Shown here: one piece after another, positions 1 to 10,022 of the stretch
How the letters are laid out: each line of letters starts with the position of its first letter
Position numbering within the stretch: position 1 is the stretch's first letter
Assembly: GCA_965644295.1 (NCBI GenBank)
Contig: CBFFRP010000324.1
Coordinates: forward strand, 1 to 64,000
Direction of reading: 5' to 3'
DNA from: Paraphysomonas bandaiensis
Lineage: Eukaryota; Protista; Chrysophyceae
DNA length: 64,000 nucleotides
The notes under the pieces: model-generated
The model's database searches: none
Seen by the model: the letters and a program-made list of their open reading frames with translations, nothing else
What the model was told of the DNA's origin: nothing
Made by a program: the position numbers and the translations under genes

Positions 1-2165
1 TTAACACTCTTTGACTAAAGTTCAACATGCGTGAGATTATTATGACAAATGATGGTAGTACCAGGTTCAATACCACCCTCAACCAACTCTCTATGTGCTG
101 CGCGACAACGAAGTGTGACATAAACGAAAACACAAGAAATTCAGTCAAACATTACATCTACCACTTCATCCCGTATTATCACTGAAAACGTAATACTTAA
201 ACCATTAAACATTGCGTAGTTGTATGCTATTGTTCGCACATATTCCCAACTAATCTGTTTAGTGGCGAGAGCACTGGTAGTGTGCATATAATTCCTAGGT
301 AGTTAACGTCTATTGTTGCGACTTTGAAACTAGATAACCACATGGCTAATATTCTAATATTTGCTTATAAATTCATGCCGGTATATGTGTGGTTTGATAG
401 TATACTGTCTTGTTATGCATGTAATTATTCCAGCAAATACCTCGATGCTAGCCCACATATAACTTGGAATAGTACACTACTTCTGTCAATATAAATCAGC
501 TACTGTACTCCTTCGTAGTTTAGATTTAGACACTTGTGTGATAAGCAAACTTATACCTTATACCTATACTTCTTGTAAACACATACTGCCAATCGTTGTA
601 TTTAAGATCTACATATATATATAGCTACTTTACTATGACTGGTACTTATACAAGCAAGTTCACATCGACTATAACGATATCATATTATTATTATAAATAT
701 CTACATGACAACACACAGATACACATACATTCAGAACGCTCGTATATATATGCATACACAAACACACAGATAACATATTCTCATACATAAGTCAAGAGTA
801 CATATATTCGAACACTGACGCTTATATGAAGCATTGTAGGTAATATATATAATAAACCTCGTACACCCATATAAACCTAGTAAACATAAGGGAAACGTAG
901 TACACACATGTGCATATAAAGTACATACAAAGGTAATATATATGTATAGACATAAAACATACACATTCACACAAGTCGCGTGGAGAGATAGTTCGGGACA
1001 AAGTCTTGAGAATAGCCAACAAAGACTAGACATGTATAGACTTTCAACAATCATCAGCTGCACTCGCCGTAAAGCCCATTTAAATCGACAAGTATGGCAA
1101 CAATGGCATTGTAGATGTAACAAGACCCCAATAAAGCTGAATGAGTGCAATATATTAGGTATCCTACATATATGACATGAGTGAACACTGCTTGCTGTGA
1201 CCCTACAGCACCCTAACATGGGGTGCCTGCAACCAACAAGCTAGTCAAGGGTATTTGCAACATTAATCATTGTACAACGCACAAGGAAGCCCATAAAGTG
1301 CCAAATCTCTTTCTACCAAATAAATATCGCTTATCTTCCATTCGATAAGTCGGTTCCGACACTGATAAGCTGACTCGGATGGTGACAAGGTAGCATATCC
1401 ACATAATTTCTACGGACGGTAGCGGTGCACTTAAATCTAATCAAATTGGTTGATATGCCATATCAATGCCCTCCATCCATCGATATGGCATATTATTTTG
1501 GCGCATTTCAAATTTCTGGTGAATGTATGACCTGATGTGCACTGTATGGACCCCTCCTCCCTATGGACAAATACTGACCGGCACAGAATCCAAGCCACAG
1601 AGATGATACGTGACCCTCCCACACCCTCTCACCTCTCCAAACACTTTGTCTGCAGAAGTAAGTCGCATATAGAGTCTCAGTACTGGTTAGTGTATCCCAC
1701 TGCTCTGCATATAGCGATCAATAGCCATCCTGAGGACGCAGGGCTCCTCTGTCTAATCACTCGAGACACAGGGTGTGATGGTAAAAATGGCTGCATATAA
1801 TGTTGACATACTCCATTGTAAAGACAGCGTGTATGTGTCTGATTGTATTGGTGTATGTTGTGGTTAGTTGTGGTGTTGGAGTTAATGTCGTGTGTGTATG
1901 TGCATATCAGTTCAAGGGGGGGTGGGAAAATGGATGATGAAAAGGGGGGCCGATTTTTTTGAGGGGGCCGATTTTCTTTCGTTATAGGTATTCTCTTATT
2001 CATGTCAACAAATTAAAGGACGTGAGATCGTAATATGAGTACATTCCTCTTATTTTATAAGGTCAGATAGAGTCAAGGTGTTGACCTGGACCTCATGAAA
2101 TTCACAGTGTATAGTGGCCCTCTCCAGCGCTCACACATCTCAGTAGCATGTTTTAATGCTCTATT

Positions 2166-5100
2166 ATGTGGGTTGATACACTTATGTTATTCCTGTGTTT
2201 TCTGGATTTCGACTTGAGGAAAGGATTTTGCAAGGATATAAATGGCGTGGATTTCCAAGGGTCTGCAAAGAACAATCGTCTTTCATTCGGCAATAACATT
2301 CGATACCCATCTAATCCTTCTCCACTAAAGCCCACATACCCAGGCAAGAACTATGAGAGTCCAACTCCGGATTCTAGTACAATACTGCGTTCTATTCCTT
2401 CAACAAAAATAACTGCAGCCACTTTAGACAACAATGCCAGTATCTGCCCATCAATAGTTCCGTTTAGAGATCCCACGGATGCTCCAATTAACAATGTTAG
2501 TTTGAACCCTTCTATAGTTGTAAGTTCCTTTCCATCCATGGCTCCAAGTCAAGATGTCGTTGACAGCAATGTCAGTATGTGCCCGACAGTGCTTCCGTCA
2601 GTGGAATCTAGTTGTACACCTTCGGGTCCGTCTCCGACTTCTCTGGCTACCAATGGTAGTATGCAACCATCAGTAGTTCTCAGTATATCCCCGACTTATA
2701 ATGCCAGTGTTTGTCCATCAATGGTTCCGTTTAGAGATCCCACGGATGCTCCAATTAACAATGTTAGTTTGAACCCTTCTATAGTTCCAAGTGTGGATTT
2801 ATCAGGAACGCCAGTATCCTTTCCATCCATGGCTCCAAGTCAAGATGTCGTTGACAGCAATGTCAGTATGTGCCCGACAGTGCTTCCGTCAGTGGAATCT
2901 AGTTGTACACCTTCGGGTCCGTCTCCGACTTCTCTGGCTACCAATGGTAGTATGCAACCATCAGTAGTTCTCAGTATATCCCCGACTTATAATGCCAGTG
3001 TTTGTCCATCAATGGTTCCGTTTAGAGATCCCACGGATGCTCCAATTAACAATGTTAGTTTGAACCCTTCTATAGTTCCAAGTGTGGATTTATCAGGAAC
3101 GCCAGTATCCTTTCCATCCATGGCTCCAAGTCAGGATGTCGTTGACAGCAATGTCAGTATGTGCCCGACAGTGCTTCCGTCAGTGGAATCTAGTTGTACA
3201 CCTTCGGGTCCGTCTCCGACTTCTCTGGCTACCAATGGTAGTATGCAACCATCAGTAGTTCTCAGTATATCCCCGACTTATAATGCCAGTGTTTGTCCAT
3301 CAATGGTTCCGTTTAGAGATCCCACGGATGCTCCAATTAACAATGTTAGTTTGAACCCTTCTATAGCTCCAAGTGTGGATTTATCAGGAACGCCAGTATC
3401 CTTTCCATCCATGGCTCCAAGTCAGGATGTCGTTGACAGCAATGTCAGTATGTGCCCGACAGTGCTTCCGTCAGTGGAATCTAGTTGTACACCTTCGGGT
3501 CCGTCTTCGACTTCTCTGGCTACCAATGGTAGTATGCAACCATCAGTAGTTCTCAGTATATCCCCGACTTATAATGCCAGTGTTTGTCCATCAATGGTTC
3601 CGTTTAGAGATCCCACGGATGCTCCAATTAACAATGTTAGTTTGAACCCTTCTATAGTTCCAAGTGTGGATTTATCAGGAACACCAGTATCCTTTCCATC
3701 CATGGCTCCAAGTCAGGATGTCGTTGACAGCAATGTCAGTATGTGCCCGACAGTGCTTCCGTCAGTGGAATCTAGTTGTACACCTTCGGGTCCGTCTTCG
3801 ACTTCTCTGGCTACCAATGGTAGTATGCAACCATCAGTAGTTCTCAGTATATCCCCGACTTATAATGCCAGTGTTTGTCCATCAATGGTTCCGTTTAGAG
3901 ATCCCACGGGTGCTCCAATTAACAATGTTAGTTTGAACCCTTCTATAGTTCCAAGTATGGATTTATCAGGAACACCAGTATCCTTTCCATCCATGGCTCC
4001 AAGTCAGGATGTCGTTGACAGCAATGTCAGTATGTGCCCGACAGTGCTTCCGTCAGTGGAATCTAGTTGTACACCTTCGGGTCCGTCTTCGACTTCTCTG
4101 GCTACCAATGGTAGTATGCAACCATCAGTAGTTCTCAGTATATCCCCGACTTATAATGCCAGTGTTTGTCCATCAATGGTTCCGTTTAGAGATCCCACGG
4201 ATGCTCCAATTAACAATGTTAGTTTGAACCCTTCTATAGTTCCAAGTATGGATTTATCAGGAACGCCAGTATCCTTTCCATCCATGGCTCCAAGTCAAGA
4301 TGTCGTTGACAGCAATGTCAGTATGTGCCCGACAGTGCTTCCGTCAGTGGAATCTAGTTGTACACCTTCGGGTCCGTCTTCGACTTCTCTGGCTACCAAT
4401 GGTAGTATGCAACCATCAGTAGTTCTCAGTATATCCCCGACTTATAATGCCAGTGTTTGTCCATCAATGGTTCCGTTTAGAGATCCCACGGATGCTCCAA
4501 TTAACAATGTTAGTTTGAACCCTTCTATAGTTCCAAGTGTGGATTTATCAGGAACGCCAGTATCCTTTCCATCCATGGCTCCAAGTCAGGATGTCGTTGA
4601 CAGCAATGTCAGTATGTGCCCGACAGTGCTTCCGTCAGTGGAATCTAGTTGTACACCTTCGGGTCCGTCTCCGACTTCTCTGGCTACCAATGGTAGTATG
4701 CAACCATCAGTAGTTCTCAGTATATCCCCGACTTATAATGCCAGTGTTTGTCCATCAATGGTTCCGTTTAGAGATCCCACGGATGCTCCAATTAACAATG
4801 TTAGTTTGAACCCTTCTATAGCTCCAAGTGTGGATTTATCAGGAACGCCAGTATCCTTTCCATCCATGGCTCCAAGTCAGGATGTCGTTGACAGCAATGT
4901 CAGTATGTGCCCGACAGTGCTTCCGTCAGTGGAATCTAGTTGTACACCTTCGGGTCCGTCTCCGACTTCTCTGGCTACCAATGGTAGTATGCAACCATCA
5001 GTAGTTCTCAGTATATCCCCGACTTATAATGCCAGTGTTTGTCCATCAATGGTTCCGTTTAGAGATCCCACGGATGCTCCAATTAACAATGTTAGTTTGA

Positions 5101-8100
5101 ACCCTTCTATAGTTCCAAGTGTGGATTTATCAGGAACGCCAGTATCCTTTCCATCCATGGCTCCAAGTCAAGATGTCGTTGACAGCAATGTCAGTATGTG
5201 CCCGACAGTGCTTCCGTCAGTGGAATCTAGTTGTACACCTTCGGGTCCGTCTCCGACTTCTCTGGCTACCAATGGTAGTATGCAACCATCAGTAGTTCTC
5301 AGTATATCCCCGACTTATAATGCCAGTGTTTGTCCATCAATGGTTCCGTTTAGAGATCCCACGGATGCTCCAATTAACAATGTTAGTTTGAACCCTTCTA
5401 TAGTTCCAAGTGTGGATTTATCAGGAACGCCAGTATCCTTTCCATCCATGGCTCCAAGTCAAGATGTCGTTGACAGCAATGTCAGTATGTGCCCGACAGT
5501 GCTTCCGTCAGTGGAATCTAGTTGTACACCTTCGGGTCCGTCTCCGACTTCTCTGGCTACCAATGGTAGTATGCAACCATCAGTAGTTCTCAGTATATCC
5601 CCGACTTATAATGCCAGTGTTTGTCCATCAATGGTTCCGTTTAGAGATCCCACGGATGCTCCAATTAACAATGTTAGTTTGAACCCTTCTATAGTTCCAA
5701 GTGTGGATTTATCAGGAACGCCAGTATCCTTTCCATCCATGGCTCCAAGTCAAGATGTCGTTGACAGCAATGTCAGTATGTGCCCGACAGTGCTTCCGTC
5801 AGTGGAATCTAGTTGTACACCTTCGGGTCCGTCTCCGACTTCTCTGGCTACCAATGGTAGTATGCAACCATCAGTAGTTCTCAGTATATCCCCGACTTAT
5901 AATGCCAGTGTTTGTCCATCAATGGTTCCGTTTAGAGATCCCACGGATGCTCCAATTAACAATGTTAGTTTGAACCCTTCTATAGTTCCAAGTGTGGATT
6001 TATCAGGAACGCCAGTATCCTTTCCATCCATGGCTCCAAGTCAAGATGTCGTTGACAGCAATGTCAGTATGTGCCCGACAGTGCTTCCGTCAGTGGAATC
6101 TAGTTGTACACCTTCGGGTCCGTCTTCGACTTCTCTGGCTACCAATGGTAGTATGCAACCATCAGTAGTTCTCAGTATATCCCCGACTTATAATGCCAGT
6201 GTTTGTCCATCAATGGTTCCGTTTAGAGATCCCACGGATGCTCCAATTAACAATGTTAGTTTGAACCCTTCTATAGTTCCAAGTGTGGATTTATCAGGAA
6301 CGCCAGTATCCTTTCCATCCATGGCTCCAAGTCAGGATGTCGTTGACAGCAATGTCAGTATGTGCCCGACAGTGCTTCCGTCAGTGGAATCTAGTTGTAC
6401 ACCTTCGGGTCCGTCTTCGACTTCTCTGGCTACCAATGGTAGTATGCAACCATCAGTAGTTCTCAGTATATCCCCGACTTATAATGCCAGTGTTTGTCCA
6501 TCAATGGTTCCGTTTAGAGATCCCACGGATGCTCCAATTAACAATGTTAGTTTGAACCCTTCTATAGTTCCAAGTATGGATTTATCAGGAACGCCAGTAT
6601 CCTTTCCATCCATGGCTCCATCAGGCGTGTGTCCCTTTTGTATATATGAGAATTTGTCATCTCTATTTCCACTTCGAAATACTGTGTATTTGAGTACATT
6701 CAACTATTTTGTAGATGTGAACATTACATTGTTAGAGGAGATCGTTTTTAAGTGTCTGATTGTTGCTGTTGGGAATCAAATATCTACTGTGCACAATTTA
6801 TTTTCGTTTGAGGTTGTTGACTATCCTGTCTTGGGCGTAAACACTGTTGGGCTGTCGTTTCAAGTCTCTCCTTCTAGCCATACGACAGTTGCGGATATTC
6901 AATTACAATTGAGTAATGTTATTCGCAGTGGTGGTCTTCAGAGTGCATTGGAAGAATTCAACCACTCTGTATTCGGAGGTCTTATTGTTAGTGCATATAA
7001 TCACGAGGTATTACTGGACGAGGGCTTACCACACATATCGACTGCGACAAAAGGTGTGCTTTGCGATGATTTTGGAGGTTCATTTTGGAAAGATATGTAC
7101 AGCACGTCCAGATATGGAATCTGGCTGATCATTCTCTTTGTTATTTGGAGTGTGGCGACTGCAATTGTATTTGTCTTGGGATGTATCAGCAGCAAAGTGC
7201 TGGAATATGGAGCAACTACCTCTGCTCAGTTCATGCCTCTTTGGTCATTACAATTCGCAATGGCTTGTTCTATGTTATGTCGGGTTGGTATGCTGCTGTT
7301 ATGGTGGATGCATGGTGCAGAGGAACAAGGTAGTTTCGTGTGCCTTGAATTATGGCGTTATGGAGGCAATCAGTTCTTTTCTCCAGCGCTGTTCGCGTTT
7401 TTACAGTTTTTCTATGCGTTATTGAGCGTTTGTTTATTGTCTGGTAAGTGGTATTTTGACATAGTGATATAAATGTAGTACATAGTTTGACATGTCTTCA
7501 ATAATATCAACAAATAGGTTTGATGCTGGCATGCCGAGGACCGTTGTTTCATTTTTCCGATGTAATGGCTCGCGTACTTGCTGTAATTTTGTGGGGACCT
7601 TTTGTATGGTTGTGGATAATACTTGTAGGTTCTGTTTCTATAGCTGCATCTTCAGATGGGAGTTGGAAAGCTGTGGACGTAGTGTATGTTGGGTCTAATG
7701 TATGTTTGGGGGCTGTCATATATACACTGTCGGCCCAGTGGATGTACGATATATGGATGAGTCCTGTATATCGAAGCCTTCTAATTTCAGCAGCAGTTTA
7801 TAATTTTTTCGGGTTATTGACTATTATATCAACTGCTGTTCGCCATATCTTTCGCGTTCCCCCTGCTGCTATATTTGTTTCGTCTACTATGATGCTGCAG
7901 CTGTGTGAAGTTCTTGTTGTAATTGTGTCTGCCCCTCTTTTGCGTATTCTACAACCTCCTTACACTGGAGCGCATGCTGAAATAATTGAATACTCGCATC
8001 GCGAACAGAGGCATCGCCTTGGAGATTACACTGTATCTTCAGAAAGCTCTGGATTGGACAGTAACAATACGACACAGTCTCCTCTAGAGCAACCTCGACA

Positions 8101-8134
8101 TAGAGTAAACAGTGTAGCATACTTTGTTTTGTAG
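2166..8134 (+). CDS. Large surface protein: hydrophobic N-terminus, Ser/Pro/Thr-rich mucin-like tandem repeat stalk, juxtamembrane domain, ~7 TM helices; exons 2166-7443 and 7518-8134
   Basis: ORF 2166-7472 joins ORF 7520-8134 in frame through a GTAAGT...ATAG intron (7444-7517, G|GT = Gly). Seven hydrophobic segments: GIWLIILFVIW..., LWSLQFAMACSML..., ALFAFLQFFYALL..., VLAVILWGPFVWLWIILV, VVYVGSNVCLGAVIY, LLISAAVYNFFGLLTII, AIFVSSTMMLQLCEVLVVIV. Confidence 0.8.
2433..6620 (+). repeat. Coding tandem repeat, 291-bp (97-aa) unit, ~14.4 near-identical copies
   Basis: ATGGCTCCA recurs at 2538, 2829, 3120, 3411 ... 6612 (step 291). Copies differ by only a few SNPs. Confidence 0.97.
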
Positions 8135-8397
8135 GGAGGCTTAGTTTGAAGTATTGTTGTGTAGACTAGCGATGACAACAGTCGAATACGTGATGCAGTA
8201 TGCAACGACTAATGTTTCCAAAAGATACGAATATATAGAATAAATAAATAACAATAAACGATAAGAAAATAGAAACTGAAATGCCGTATCTGTGTGCAGG
8301 ACTTTTTACCAAGCATAGGTTTTTAGAGATATTTTGTGCTTTGCTGTACAGGGCTGTTTAACAATATTTAATTAAGCTCAACAAAAATACCCTCAAC

Positions 8398-8720
8398 TAA
8401 GTCGGACTCGCACCTTTTCGTGGTGTTCTGGGGGATGAGTACCGGAGATATTTTCCCGGAATACTAACATGAGAGCCGCAAACATAGCCAGCAGATAATT
8501 TTCTGCCTACTCATAGTCAAATGCTTGTGTAGACGTCTTTGAGCCTTGGCGAATAAACAGGCATCCGGAAATGGGCCCATCTCAAGGACATCCAGGGTAT
8601 TGGGCTGCCTGCTTAAGTCAAGCATCTCGGCTGTTCACTTTAAAGGCTCAAGAATCATGAAATCAGCAGATGTGAGGTATATCAACATTCTGCTTGCTCA
8701 CTGCGTTTGCTTTGAGTGAG
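8398..8720. repeat. Dispersed repeat, copy 1 (diverged copy at ~48737-49057); probable transposon relic
   Basis: Shared collinear blocks: GGACTCGCACCTTTT, GGCATCCG..AATGGGCCCATCTCA, TCAGCAGATGT..ATATCAACATT.TGCTTGCTCACTG.GTTTGCTTTGAGTGA. Confidence 0.8.
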
Positions 8721-9720
8721 AGAGCAAAAGTGGATTTATCTTGGTGCTTGCGGTGACGCACAATCAGAGTTAAGCACTGGTTAGTTAAATTGTTTCGCTT
8801 TAATTTATATTGTATTTGGTATTATATACTGATAATATTATGCTCAATATAATAATATTATGCTGTATGACATAGTATTGGTTAAAATGCTGGGCGCTCA
8901 TGATTGTGTGTGTATCTTATTTAATACTAGCATCTGTAGATAGTACTTCATATAAAGTTCGGTTTAAAAAGCTATGTTATTAGAACGTTAATTGAAAAAT
9001 TGCTAGTCAGCAACGGAGTGCAATTACCGTGCATTATAAGTGAGTAAAAGAATTATATCTACGCAGGCTGGATGGGAACACATCACATAACTGCCTATAA
9101 ATTTTAAATACGACCAACAACACTCTACTCTGTGTACATCGATGCATCGATATCAGCCTTGATGCTCCTATTTGAATAGACCACCTCTTCATCTGATTCT
9201 ATATGAGTAGGCTGCTGAGCGTAGAAAGATTAACCGACATCTTCTTATAACCCCAGATTTCCGTGATATTAAAGTCATGTATATATATGAGTAATGTTCG
9301 TAAGAAGGTGGTTATGAATGTATATCGAATGGTCATAGATGGAGTCATAGCTGCAGGTAAGACACCCTCCATAGAATAGGTTTGCTTATCACAAGTGGCA
9401 GTTACAGGATATAACGGTAGTACAGAATTACAAGTAACCTCTTTGTAAGATACGATCATAACATCTACCTACATGTGCACGTATCCAATAGCATAGACCA
9501 CAGCATCCAATAGCATAGACCATGAGGGTAACATCAGACCTTACTTCCCCACGCTTTGTACCCTACAACTATTAGCATCTGCCTAACCGACGTTCATTAA
9601 TAAGTGCCCTCATCTCTGCATGATGTCACAGCACTTGTTCATATGAGTGTGCGTGCTATCAAACCGTTGAGGTGGACGGTATCGTGGAGTTGTATTCTTA
9701 CTGTATTACCAACAAGATTC

Positions 9721-10007
9721 CGTAGAGAAATGAGAGGATGTTCTTTTCAGTTTAGTACTTGAAGTGACTGTATAAGATATGCATAGGGCACATAGAGGTG
9801 TATGGTGTTATATTATGCAGTGTGTAGTGTACGGCTGTAGAATAGAAGCATAATTTCCTCTTACTGAGAAGTTCTGTAGTAACTATAAAGAGAACCTTGC
9901 TTTGACTACCTGTAGTGTAGACTGTGTGAAAGCAACGGGGGTATTCCGTCCGTTTATTGATTTGTAACATCCGTAACATTCGACCGAGTACCGTATTTTT
10001 CTCTGCG
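9721..10007 (+). repeat. 5' LTR of copia #1 (287 bp)
   Basis: CGTAGAGAAA...TTTCTCTGCG, an imperfect terminal inverted repeat; identical to 14391-14677. Confidence 0.97.
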
Positions 10008-10022
10008 TAAGAGGAAATTATG
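10008..10022 (+). promoter_or_regulatory. Non-tRNA primer-binding site, complementary to the element's own LTR (9849-9863)
   Basis: TAAGAGGAAATTATG is the exact reverse complement of CATAATTTCCTCTTA. There is no TGG start. Confidence 0.75.

Noticed and set aside
400-2000. Short ORFs and GGGGGCCGATTTT repeats near 1944-1987
   Set aside because: Low-complexity AT/CA-rich DNA. It may be a transposon end, but no partner TIR or coding relic could be identified in the window.
2433-6620. CRISPR-like array
   Set aside because: There are no unique spacers. It is an in-frame coding tandem repeat in a eukaryotic gene.
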